Source: Paraspadella gotoi
Taxonomy: Eukaryota; Animalia; Chaetognatha
Assembly (NCBI GenBank): GCA_051294375.1
Contig: CM119267.1
Coordinates: forward strand, 5,631,992 to 5,695,991
Reading direction: 5' to 3'
Length of the DNA: 64,000 nucleotides
Below, piece by piece: positions 15,341-27,800 of the stretch; position 1 is the stretch's first letter, and each line of letters opens with the position of its first letter. The notes under the pieces were generated by a model that did no database searches, was not told the DNA's origin, and saw only the letters and a program-made list of their open reading frames with translations. Both the position numbers and the translations under genes were made by a program.

Positions 15341-15650
15341 CTTTCTTTCTTTCTTTCTCTTTCTTTCTTTCTTTCTTTCTTTTCTTTCTTTCTTTCTTTC
15401 TTTCTTTCTTTTCTCCCACCAAATCATTGATAATGAAAATAATGAAAAGATATTGAAAACGAAAGTCAAGATAGGAAGAAAGAAACAAGACGAGAAAACA
15501 TGAATGTCGCTCAGAATTAGCGCATTCTACGCATTCATACATTTGAAATCTTTGCCGCAGTAATGTATGCGTTTTTTATGCTCGGAATGAATGGGGAGAC
15601 AAGTTACGACGGATGAAAATCATGTTTTATGTATTAGACGGATGAGGAGA

Positions 15651-15687
<37 letters not shown>

Positions 15688-18600
15688 AAGAGAGAGAGAG
15701 ACAGATGGGAGGAGTTAGCAGTCAGGTCTTCAATGAACTGCATTTCCAGCTAATTAAATTTAAAACATGTGACTGCATATACAGCGATATAATTTTTTAA
15801 GGAATAACTTTATTCTATTGTTAACTTTTAATTAAAATAAATTTTTATCAATTTAATATTAATACTATTTAATATTTTCATAATCACTTCCTAAAATTTC
15901 CCGGTTTTTTTTTCGTCGTCTTCCTAGAAATTTTGTTTGTTATTTTTTTTGACCCAAATTCTGTGGCTTAAATTGGATTACGTCGTTTTTGATTGGATTG
16001 AGACAATTCCAGAGCCGCGGTGGATGTTTGGGGATAGGAGCGGTGGGCAGTGCAGGGATGGGGAGACGGAAGATGGGTGCAGGGGTTGGGGACGGAGTGG
16101 GTCGTGCAGGGGTGGGGGGGGAAAAACGGAGTGGGGTGCAGGGGGATAAAACAGTGGAATAAAGAGGGAAAAAAGAGGGGAAAAAAGCGCGGGATTACAG
16201 AAAAGTTAAACTCCACTCCTAAAACTGGTTTGATTCTTAAAAACTTAAGCACCAGACAATTCCGATTTTGCTGTGAAACATTAAACCAACTGAATAGCCA
16301 TTAATGAGAATTCGTCACAATTATTGGCTGGCGTTGATGGGAAAACTTCCGCAAAAAACTTAAGGAAATTTCATTACCCTGAAATTGACCATATCCTTTC
16401 AATAAGTTCAAGTTCGTTGTCCACGTTCATTAATTCATTTATTTATATTCTTACTTGATAAGTAAACTGCCTTTTCGTGACACTAAATAAAATAATTTCT
16501 TAAATTTTAAAATTATTATCAAACCAAAGGTGGCCTTTGTACACCGAAAGCAGAAGCGAAAAAAAAAAATCATCTCATTTAAACTTTTTTTTTCACAATG
16601 ACGACGTGAAAAACAATGATCTTTAGCCCAAAAAAAAAAAAAAAAAAAAAAAATTAAAAGCTCGAGGGATTTTATTTTTCTTTTTCCCTTTTTTTTTACT
16701 TTCCCACCACCCTTGCCCCCCCCACCTTTTGAAATTCTCGGAAGATGTCGTGCGATAATTAAAGGGACTGCCCCTAACGATTGGAGAAGTTTCAGCGTTT
16801 CGTTGCTGGTTGGGTTGAAATAATTGGATCAATCAATCTGTCAGTTAATCTTATTACTCAATCTATAAATCGCATTCATCGATCTAATTCAGTCAGTGAA
16901 TTTAGGACTCAATCTATCTATAAATATAATATCCCATCGATCAATCAATCATGTCAGTGAATCTATGACTCATTCCATCTATATAAATCGATCCATCGTT
17001 CAATCGCAATCAGTCAGCTGATCTATGACTCATTCCATCTATAAATTTGATCCATCGATCAATCAATCAGTCAGTGGAAATCTATGACTCATTTTCCATC
17101 TAGTAAACATCCATCGTTCAATCAATCAGTCATGTGAAATCTATGACTCATTCCATTCTATAAATCGATCATCGATCAATCAATCAGGTCATCAGTCAAT
17201 CTTGGGATATCTAAAAAACCAAACAAATCACGTAAATCAATGAATCCATCAACTAATCCAATCGATCAATCAAAAATTAAACTCCAATCAATCGTATCAC
17301 TTCCACAGGTTGCTCCTTCCCCTGCTTGTCCCCGCTGCCCCCGCCGGATGGCTTCGGCCTTGGCCTCGACTGTCGCCGAGTCGGCCCCGTCTGCAAAGGG
17401 GCGACCCTGTTGGGCGGACCCAACTTGCCCAAGAAGTTTCGGGCGGCGTTGACCGGACCATCGTGGGAGACGGAACGCGTGAGGGAGTTTTCTTCGTCGT
17501 TGTTTTTGGTTTTCGTTTTCGTCGTCGTCTTTAGTCGCTCTTCGTTCGGTCCATCGTTTTCGTCGTCGTTTTGTTGTTGTTTGTCGTTCCATTGTTGCTC
17601 TTAGTGTGCTTCCTTTCAGTATTTCTTTCCTCAAACTCATTTCTCCTTTCCTTCTCTTCTACTTTCCTTTCCTCCAACTTTCGTATCTCCTTCCTCGTCC
17701 TCTTCCACCTCCTTTTCTAACTTCAACCCTCTAAACCCCTTCTTCCTTCCTCCCTTTCCCCCTCCACCTCTCTTCTTCCCCCTCCTCCTCCACCCCTTCC
17801 CCTTTCCCCTCCTCCTCTTTACCTTCCCCGCCTCCCCTCTCTCTTCCCCCCTTCTCACCCTCCCTATCCCCCTCCTGGCTCTCTCTTCGCTCCCCCCCGC
17901 CACACCCTACCCCCCTCCACCCCCTTTTTTTCCTCTCCCCCCAATCCCCCATCCTTCTCCCCTTTTCTCTTCCCCTCCCTTCCCTCTTCATCCCGCTCCT
18001 CCCCCCTCCACTCTCTCTTCCTTTCCCACCTCCCTTTCCATCTCCCCACTTCCCGCTCCCAGTTGATCAAAAAAACGCCGGCCGGTGTTCAACCTGACCC
18101 ACCACGACTGGGCAAGACGGTGACTCACCNNNNNNNNNNNNNNNNNNNNNNNNNAAGAGAAGGAAGGAGATGAGTTGAGGAAAGAAATACTGAAAGGAGC
18201 AACACTAAGACCAACAATGGAACGACAACAACAACAACAAACGACGACGAAAACGATGACGACGAACGACGACTAAAACGACGACGAAAACGAAAACCAA
18301 AACAACGACGAAGGAAAACTCCCTCACGCGTTCCGTCGCCCACGATGGTCCGGTTCAATGCGGCCCGAAACTTCCTGGGCAAGTTGGGTCCGCCCCAACA
18401 GGGTCGCCCCTTGCAGACGGGGCAGACTCGGCGACAGTCGAGCCAGGCCGAGCCATCGGCGGGGCAGCGGGACAAGCAGGGGAAGGAGCAGCTGTGGAAG
18501 TGATGGGATTGATTGGAGTTGATTTGATTGATCGATTGGATTAGTTGATTGGATTCATTGATTACGTGATTGTTTGTTTGTTTAGATATCCAAGATTGAC

Positions 18601-19796
18601 TGATGACTGATTGATTGATCGATNNNNNNNNNNNNNNNNNNNNNNNNNNNNNNNNNNNNNNNNNNNNNNNNNNNNNNNNNNNNNNNNNNNNNNNNNNNNN
18701 NNNNNNNNNNNNNNNNNNNNNNNNNNNNNNNNNNNNNNNNNNNNNNNNNNNNNNNNNNNNNNNNNNNNNNNNNNNNNNNNNNNNNNNNNNNNNNNNNNNN
18801 NNNNNNNNNNNNNNNNNNNNNNNNNNNNNNNNNNNNNNNNNNNNNNNNNNNNNNNNNNNNNNNNNNNNNNNNNNNNNNNNNNNNNNNNNNNNNNNNNNNN
18901 NNNNNNNNNNNNNNNNNNNNNNNNNNNNNNNNNNNNNNNNNNNNNNNNNNNNNNNNNNNNNNNNNNNNNNNNNNNNNNNNNNNNNNNNNNNTTTTTTTTT
19001 TTCGCTTCGGCTTTCGGTGTACAAAGGCCACCTTTGGTTTGATATAATTTTAAAATTAAGAAATTATTTTATTTAGTGTCACGAAAGGCAGTTTACATCA
19101 AGTAAGAATATAAATAAAATGAAATTAATAAGAAACGTGGACAACGAACTTGACTTATTTCAAGGATATGGACAATTTCAGGGTAAATGAATTTCCTTAA
19201 GTTTCGGACGTTTTCCCATCAACGCCAGCCAAATATATTTGACGAATTCCATCATTAATGGCTACATTCAGTTGGTTTATGTTTCAACAGCAAAATCGGA
19301 ATTGTCTGGTGCTTAAGTTTTAGAATCAAACCAGTTTTAGGAGTTTTTCTGTATCCCGCTTTTTTTTCCCCTATTTTCCTCACTTTTCCTCTTTATTCCA
19401 CTTTTATCCACCCTGCACCCCACTCCGTCCCCAACCCTTCACCCCATCCCGTCCCCCATCCCTGCACTGCCCACCGCTCCTATCCAACATCCACCGCGGC
19501 TCTGGATTGTCTCAATCCAATCAAACGACGTAATCCAATTTAGCCACAGAATTTTGGGGCAAAAAAAAACAACAAAATTTTCTAGGAAACACGAAAAAAA
19601 CCGGGAAATTTTAGGAGTGATTATGAAAAATAATTAATAGTATTATTATTAAATTGATAAAAATTATTTTAATTAAAAGTTAACAAATAGAATAAAGTTA
19701 TTCTTAAAAAATTATATCGCTGTATGATGCAGTCACATGTTTTAATTTATTACTGGAAAAATGCAGTCTTCATGAAGACCTGACTGCTAACTCCTC

Positions 19797-19861
<65 letters not shown>

Positions 19862-20079
19862 CCGTCTAGATACATAAATAACAGATTTCATCCGTCGTAA
19901 CTTGTCTCCCCATTCATTTTCCGAGGCATAAAAAACGCATACATTACTGCGCAAGATTTCATGTATGAATGCGTAGAATCGCTAATCTGAGCGACATTCA
20001 TGTTTTCTCGTCTTGTTTCTTCTTCCTATCTTGACTTTCGTTTTCATATCTTTCATATTTTCATATCAATGAATTGGTG

Positions 20080-20165
<86 letters not shown>

Positions 20166-20278
20166 AAAATAAAATTAAATAAATAAATAAATAAATAAAT
20201 AAAGAAAGAAAGAAAAAAAAAAGAAAGAAACAAATAAACAAATAAACAAAGAAATAAAGAAATAAAGAAATAAAGAAA

Positions 20279-20366
<88 letters not shown>

Positions 20367-20447
20367 AAAAGTGTGGGCGAGGGAAAAAAGGCTTTTCTCT
20401 CGGATCCCAACCAAAGTCTCAGTCGCCTAACGAGGACCTCCCGCGAT
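5..20447 (-). CDS. Putative secreted cystine-knot growth-factor-like protein with Cys-rich pro-region (spliced, 5' end not resolved; span includes the flipped insert 1205-18129)
   Basis: Phase-compatible GT-AG exons: 20447-20412 (xSREVLVRRLRLC), 18491-18328 (CSFPCLSRCPADGSAWLDCRRVCPVCKGRPCWGGPNLPRKFRAALNRTIVGDGT), an exon ending 1204-1110 whose 5' part is seen at 28493-28559(+) (...DLDISFCELKFFVDAMEDLDEDHEFSVRGNK), 412-281 (FILLGCNFTCIASCHHPHMYDIPIMVLKQIVKPASWCEEDNKDK) and ~85-5 (...DTLFKVGSQNCSCIDWS*). Several differences between copies are synonymous in this frame (GCC GCA/GCG GCG, GGC/GGA). The family call is inferred from Cys spacing. Confidence 0.6.
1765..3391 (-). pseudogene. Noisy partial duplicate of the acyl-CoA synthetase 5' exons
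   Basis: Reverse complement of ~38347-39910; fragments NLLKVVDVPEMGYFA, GLISMGLKPGIRIGIFA and LTHGN...YGQ with scattered indels. Confidence 0.8.
4978..11224 (-). pseudogene. Noisy duplicate of the astacin-ShKT gene (probably an assembly copy rather than a real paralogue)
   Basis: Exon-by-exon and intron-by-intron reverse complement of 30954-36852, with indels spread uniformly (e.g. WADRGECDYNPWLMVPNC at ~5000-5065). Confidence 0.8.
16830..17190 (+). repeat. Minisatellite, ~53-bp unit, ~6 copies (duplicate at ~27260-27620)
   Basis: Repeated unit approximately TCAATCAATCAGTCAGTGAATCTATGACTCATTCCATCTATAAATCGATCCATCG. Confidence 0.85.
18130..18154. other. Assembly gap, 25 N
   Basis: Counted directly; lies at an inversion junction. 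Confidence 0.99.
18624..18991. other. Assembly gap, 368 N
   Basis: Flanks match revcomp of ~17170 and ~16570, so the gap covers the ~53-bp minisatellite. Confidence 0.97.
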
Positions 20448-21035
20448 CTTTGGGCGTAGAGGGATGGCAAAAGGATGGCAGAGGGGTGGCAAAAGGATGG
20501 CAGAGGGGTGGCAAAAGGTTCGTGGAGGGATGGCGGAGAAGAAGGACATGTAAAATACGGATCAAAAGTTTACGAATCGAAGAAAAAGTCAACGAAGGGT
20601 GAAACTGGGATAGATAGATACTAGAATAGCTAGACAGACAGATACGACTGAAAAAAAAACAGACAGACAGAATGACGGACCCAGACAGAGACAGTGACTC
20701 AAGTCAATCGTCAACCTCCGTCCCAAGTAGTAATAAAAAAAACTTATCGCGCTAAAAAATGACGACGCCGACGCCCGCCAGATGTCCTTCGATGCCCGTC
20801 CGAGTCCAATCGGCTCCGCCTTCGCCCCCCCCCTCGCCACCATCGCTCGCCCACGGCGCCGCCTGGACTCGGACCCAACCTCATAACCGGAAAGGTGGGC
20901 GTGGCATTCATGGAAAGAGGAGGAGGAGGCGAGATGCATTTGCATCATTAGTCACGAGTCGCCATGGAGATAGGAATGACATTTTTTAAGAAAGACGGGA
21001 GATAGAGACGTTGACAGGGAAAGGAGAGAGAGAGG

Positions 21036-21090
<55 letters not shown>

Positions 21091-22134
21091 AGAAGAGAGA
21101 GAGAGAATGAGAGAGAGAGTGGGAAGCCGTATCGTCTGAAAAATCATCGACGAATCTGCAACAATTCTTTTCGAACAATCATAACATGAAACACGAAGAG
21201 AAACCGATTCGTCTTCGAGGGGGAGAGAGAACGAGAGAGAGAGAGAGAGAGATTAGGAAAGAAAAAACGGAAGTAATTTTTTTCAATTCCAATTTTGTCA
21301 GTTAAGACATTGTCCCTTGTTTATTTTTGTAAAAATGATAACCCCGGAATCATTTATTGGTTTTTACTCGCGATCGGGAACGTTTCGATCTTCCGGAGTT
21401 TGAGCTCTGAATCTCATTTACATATTGCAGCATTAGAAAATAATCATTAATTTCTACATTTATCGCCATCCATGATTTTAATTTGAATTATTTTGTTTTT
21501 TAATTGGATACTGAATCATCACGCTTATAAATGAGAGATTTTTTTAAAATTTAGTTATCATTTTAATTACATTTTATCGTTTGATATTTTTATTGAATAC
21601 TTTTTTTGACACTAAGACAAACGAGAATAAAAACTGTAGAAATCCAAAACGTAGTAATTATCAAAACATAATTATATTAAATTTTGAGCGTGAGATTGTT
21701 GAAAACTTTCTCGCGTATTTACAAAGAGCAAAGCTGTTAACAATTTAAAGTCAGCAGAGGGAGAACCATTCGGAAGTATAGGTGGAGTGTAAAAGGAAAG
21801 AAGATGATAGGAGGAAAAAATTGGCCTTACTCTCCCAGAACGCCTCATTTTATCTTAAATTCAAAATTAAATAAATTTGTAGGTTTAAAGTTTAATTTAA
21901 AAGTAATGGATTAGGCCGAGGATTAGAGACAGGGATTTGGTTAGGGGTTAAGGATAGAGATTAATGTGGAAGTTTATGGTTAAGTATTAGATTAAGAATG
22001 AGGGTTAGTATTAAAGGTTAAGTATTGAGTTATTGGTTTCGTAACAGTAACAGATAGAATCGGATCCGCGACTCGGTTAGAATCCGCCGGAATCGGGATT
22101 CAACTCTCTCATTGGATGAACCACCAAAGCAAAA

Positions 22135-22235
22135 TTGAGGGGGTTTTCAGAAAAGTGAGCCCAAAAAATTGGGGGGGTTTCAGAAAAGAGAGCCCAAAAA
22201 ATTGGGGGGGGGTTAAAAAAAAGAGCCCAAAAATT
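22135..22235 (+). repeat. ~33-bp tandem repeat x3 (copies at ~13190-13290 and ~23705-23800)
   Basis: AAAATTGGGGGGGTTTCAGAAAAG(T/A)GAGCCC-like units. Confidence 0.75.
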
Positions 22236-22504
22236 TCGCGCGAGAGAAAAAAAAGGAAAGTTGAAGACTTTTTGATAAGAAGGAAAAAAAAACTATCGAG
22301 TGACGCGAAAAGAAGCTGAAAAGTGAGAGAGAGTAAGCGAAGCAATTATCAGGGCGGAGAGGTGAGGGGGGGGGGGGGGGAGGAAGGGGGGAGAAGAGGA
22401 TTGGGGTTAAACGGTGATGGGAGATTGGGGTGATAGGAATCGCGTGGTCGAATTCGAAAAAATTGAATCAACTATAATAATAATAATTAATAATAATAAT
22501 AATA

Positions 22505-22561
<57 letters not shown>

Positions 22562-22805
22562 ATAATGAGATAATTGAAATACGAAGAGAGAATCGGTATA
22601 GATTAAAGTCGAATGAAATGTGTATGAAATTTGAAAAGAGAGCAAAACGAAATCAAGATGGAAAAAAATTTGGGGACGGAATAAAAGAAAAAATATGAAA
22701 AAAGGGAAAAAAAAGGGAGAAAAAAAGGATGCGTCGAATCAAAGGAAAAAAAAGGAAGGCCGGAAACGACAAAATAGACAGGAAAAGCCTTAGGAGAGGG
22801 AGCAC

Positions 22806-22809
<4 letters not shown>

Positions 22810-22866
<57 letters not shown>

Positions 22867-22872
22867 TCTCTC

Positions 22873-22924
<52 letters not shown>

Positions 22925-23067
22925 GTTCGTCTTTCCTCGAACCTGCGTTTTCAAAGGCTTCCTTTCAAGTAGCGATTTTATACGAGGAAAAATAAAATAT
23001 TCCCCCTTCAGTCACATTTGGCACAAAAAAAAATATTGGGGGAAAAAAAGGTAATCGTTCCCTATGT

Positions 23068-23130
<63 letters not shown>

Positions 23131-23382
23131 GTGCTCCCTCTCCTAAGGCTTTTCCTGTCTATTTTGTCGTTTCCGGCCTTCCTTTTTTTTCCTTTGATTC
23201 GACGCATCCTTTTTTTCTCCCTTTTTTTCCCTTTTTTCATATTTTTCTTTTATTCCGTCCCCAAATTTTTTCCATCTTGATTTCGTTTTGCTCTCTTTTC
23301 AAATTTCATACACATTTCATTCGACTTTAATCTATACCGATTCTCTCTTCGTATTTCAATATCTCATATCTCATTATTATTA

Positions 23383-23463
<81 letters not shown>

Positions 23464-24807
23464 GTTGATTCAATTTTTTCGAATTCGACCACGCGATTCC
23501 TATCACCCCAATCTCCCATCACCGTTTAACCCCAATCCTCTTCTCCCCCCTTCCTCCCCCCCCCCCCCCCCTCACCTCTCCGCCTGATAATTTGCTTCGC
23601 TTACTCTCTCTCACTTTTCCAGCTTCTTTTCGCGTCACTCGATAGTTTTTTTTTCCTTCTTATCAAAAAGTCTTCAACTTTCCTTTTTTTCTCTCGCGCG
23701 AAATTTTCTGGGCTCTTTTTTTTAACCCCCCCCCAATTTTTTGGGCTCTTTTCTTGAAACCCCCCAATTTTGGGCTCACTTTTCTGAAAACCCCCTCAAT
23801 TTTGGCTTTGGTGGTCATCAATGAGAGAGTTTGAATCCCGATTCGGCGGATTCTAACCGAGTCGCGGATCCGATTCTATCTGTTACTGTTACGAAACCAA
23901 TAACTCAATACTTAACCTTTAATACTAACCCTCATTCTTATCTAATACTTAACCAATAACTTCACATTAATCTCTATCCTTAACCCCTAACCAAAATCCC
24001 TGTCTCTAATCCTCGGCCTACCATTACTTTTAAATTAAACTTTAAACCTACAAATTTATTTAATTTTGAATTTAAGATAAAATGAGGCGTTCTGGGAGAG
24101 TAAGGCCAATTTTTTCCTCCTATCATCTTCTTTCCCTTTTACACTCCACCTATAACTTCCGAATGGTTCTCCCTCTGCTGACTTTCAATTGTTAACAGCT
24201 TTGCTCTTTGTAAATACGCGAGAAAGTTTTTCAACAATCTCACGCTCAAAATTTAATATAATTATGTTTTTGATAATTACTACGTTTTGGTTTCTACAGT
24301 TTTTATCTCGTTTGTCTTAGTGTCAAAAAAAGTATTCAATAAAAATATCAAACGATAAAATGTAATTAAAATGATAACTAAATTTTAAAAAAATCTCTCA
24401 TTTATAAGCGTGATATTCAGTATCCAATTAAAAAACAAAATAATTCAATTAAAATCATGATGCGATAAATGTAGAAATTAATGATTATTTTCTAATGCTG
24501 CAATATGTAAATGAGATTCAGAGCTCAAAACTCCGAAGATCGAAACGTTCCCGATCGCGAGTAAAAACAATAAATGATTCCGGGTTATCATTTTTACAAA
24601 AATAAACAAGGGACAATGTCTTAACTGACAAAATTGGAATTGAAAAAAATTACTTCCGTTTTTTCTTTCCTAATCTCTCTCTCTCTCCTTCTCTTCTCTC
24701 TCCCCCTCGAAGACGAATCGGTTTCTTCTTCCGTGTTTCATGTTATGATGTTCGAAAAGAATTGTTGCAGATTTCGTCGATGATTTTTCAGACGATACGG
24801 GCTCCCA

Positions 24808-24879
<72 letters not shown>

Positions 24880-27800
24880 TCTCTCTCCCTCTCTCTCTCC
24901 TTTCCCTGTCAAACCGTCTCTATCTCCCGTCTTTCTTAAAAAAATTCATTCCTATCTCCATGGCGACTCGTTGACTAATGATGCATCCTCGCCTCCTCCT
25001 CCTCTTCCTCCTCCTCCTCCTCTTTCCATGAATGCCACCCCACCTTCGTTATGAGGTTGGGTCCGAGTCCAGGCGGCGCCGTGGGCGAGCGATGGTGGCG
25101 AGGGGGGGGCGAAGGCGAGCCGATTGGACTCGACGGGCATCGAAGGACATCTGGCGGGCGTCGCGTCGTCATTTTTAGCGCGATAAGTTTTTTTATTACT
25201 ACTTGGACGGAGGTGACGATTGACTTGATCACTGTCTCTGTCTGGGTCCGTCATTCTGTCTGTCTGTTTTTTTTTCAGTCGTATCTGTCTGTCTAGCTAT
25301 TCTAGTATCTATCTATCCCAGGTTTCACCCTTCGTTGACTTTTTCTTCGATTCGTAAACTTTTGATCCGTATTTTACATGTCCTTCTCTCCGCCATCCCT
25401 CACGAACCTTTTGCCACCCTCTCTGCCATCCTTTGCCACCCCTCTGCCATCTTTTGCCATCCCTCTACGCCAAAGATCGCGGGAGTCCTCGTTAGGCGAC
25501 TGAGACTTTGGTTGGGATCCGAGAGAAAAGCCTTTTTTTCCCTCGCCACCACTTTTCTTTCTTTCTTTCTTTCTTCTTTCTTTCTTTCTTTCTTTCTTTC
25601 TTCTTCCTTTCTCTTTTTCTATTCTTCTTTCTTTTTCTTTATTTCTTTATTTCTTTATTTCTTTGTTTAACTTGTTTATTTGTTTCTTTCATTTTTTTTT
25701 CTTTCCTTTCTTTATATATTAGTTTATTATTATTTATTATATTTATTTTATTTTTTCTTTCTTTCTTCTTCTTTCTTTCTTTCTTTTCTTTCTTTTCTTT
25801 CTTCTTCTTTCTTTCTTTTCTCTTTCTTTCTTTCTTCTTCTTCCCACCAATCATTGATAATGAAAATATGATAAAGATATGAAAAAACGAAGTTCAAGAT
25901 AGGAAGAAAGAAACAAGACGAGAAAACATGAATGTCGCTCAGATTAGCGATTCTACGCATTCATACATTTGAATCTTTGCGCAGTATATGTATGCGTTTT
26001 TTATGCCTCGGAAATGAATGGGGGACAAGTTACGACGGATGAAAATCATGTTATTATGTATTAAAGACGGAGGAGAGAGAAGAAGAGAGAGAGAGGAGAG
26101 GAGACGAGAGAGAGAGAGAGAGACGAGAGAGAGAGACAGATGGGAGAGTTAGCAGTCAGGTCTTCATGAACTGCATTTTTTCCAGTAATATAAATTTAAA
26201 ACATGTGACTGCATCACGTACAGCGATATAATTTTTTAAGGATAACTTTATTCTATTGTTAAACCTTTAATTAAAATAATTCTTTATCAATTTAATATTA
26301 ATACTATTTAATATTTTCATAATCACTCCTAAAATTTCCCGGTTTTTTTTCGTCGCTTCCTAGAAATTTTGTTTGTTATTTTTTCTTGGCCCCAAATTCT
26401 GTGGCTAAATTGGATTACGTCGTTTTTGATTGGATTGAGACAATCCAGAGCCGCGGTGGATGTTGGGATAGGACGGTAGTCAGGATGGGAGACGAAGAGG
26501 GTGCAGGGTTGGGGACGGGAGTGGGGTTGCAGGGTGGGGGGAAACGGAGTGGGGTGCAGGGTGGATAAAAAGTGGAATAAAGAGAAGGAGAAAAACGAGG
26601 GGAAAAAAGCGCGGATTACAGAAAACTTCAAAACTTCCAAACTTACACCTGACTATGATATCTGACGTTCTGATTCTATCTAAAACTTAGCACCAGACAA
26701 TTCGATTTTGCTGTTGAAACATAAAACACAATGATAGCCATTAATGAGAATTCTCAAATTATTGGCTGGCGTTGATGGGAAAAACTTCCGCAAAAACTTA
26801 AGGAAAATTCATTACCCTGAAATTGTCCATATCCTTGTAATAAGTCAAGTTCTTGTCCTACGTTCATTAATTCATTTATTTCATATTCTTACTTGATAGT
26901 AAACTGCCTTTCTGACACAATATAAAAATAATTTCTTAATATTTTAAATATTATTATCCAAACCAAAGTGGCCTTTGTACACCGAAAGCCGAAGCGAAAA
27001 AAAAAAAATCATCTCATTTAAACTTTTTTTTATACATGACGACGTGAAAAACAATATCTTTACCCAAAAAAAAAAAAAAAAAAAAAAAATTAAAGCCAGG
27101 ATTTTATTTTTCTTTTTCCCTTTTTTTACTTTCCCACCACCCTTGCCCCCCCCACCTTTTGAAATTCTCGGAAGATGTCGTGCGATAATTAAAGGGACTG
27201 CCCCTAACGATTGGAGAAGTTTCAGCGTTTCGTTGCTGGTTGGGTTGAAATAATTGGATCAATCAATCTGTCAGTTAATCTTATTACTCAATCTATAAAT
27301 CGCATTCATCGATCTAATTCAGTCAGTGAATTTAGGACTCAATCTATCTATAAATATAATATCCCATCGATCAATCAATCATGTCAGTGAATCTATGACT
27401 CATTCCATCTATATAAATCGATCCATCGTTCAATCGCAATCAGTCAGCTGATCTATGACTCATTCCATCTATAAATTTGATCCATCGATCAATCAATCAG
27501 TCAGTGGAAATCTATGACTCATTTTCCATCTAGTAAACATCCATCGTTCAATCAATCAGTCATGTGAAATCTATGACTCATTCCATTCTATAAATCGATC
27601 ATCGATCAATCAATCAGGTCATCAGTCAATCTTGGGATATCTAAAAAACCAAACAAATCACGTAAATCAATGAATCCATCAACTAATCCAATCGATCAAT
27701 CAAAAATTAAACTCCAATCAATCGTATCACTTCCACAGGTTGCTCCTTCCCCTGCTTGTCCCCGCTGCCCCCGCCGGATGGCTTCGGCCTTGGCCTCGAC

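Larger units (their letters stand above)
1205..18129. other. Flipped (inverted) duplicate segment, probable gap-fill artefact
   Basis: ~1765-12290 is an indel-rich reverse complement of ~29950-39910, and ~12600-17650 is the reverse complement of 18155-22810. Position 1204 joins revcomp(18129) seamlessly, as shown by the contiguous copy at 28559/28560. The segment ends in exactly 25 N. Confidence 0.85.

Noticed and set aside
16830-17190. CRISPR-like array
   Set aside because: There are no unique spacers and no cas genes; it is a plain tandem minisatellite in eukaryotic DNA.
21715-21770. Signal-peptide-like MVLPLLTLIVNSFAL as first exon of the cystine-knot gene
   Set aside because: It only appears in a composite of the copies; two of three copies carry an extra base giving a stop, and the third has other indels.
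12600-22810. 10-kb palindrome or giant foldback transposon
   Set aside because: Its centre is a 25-N gap and one arm is error-rich; a flipped gap fill explains it.
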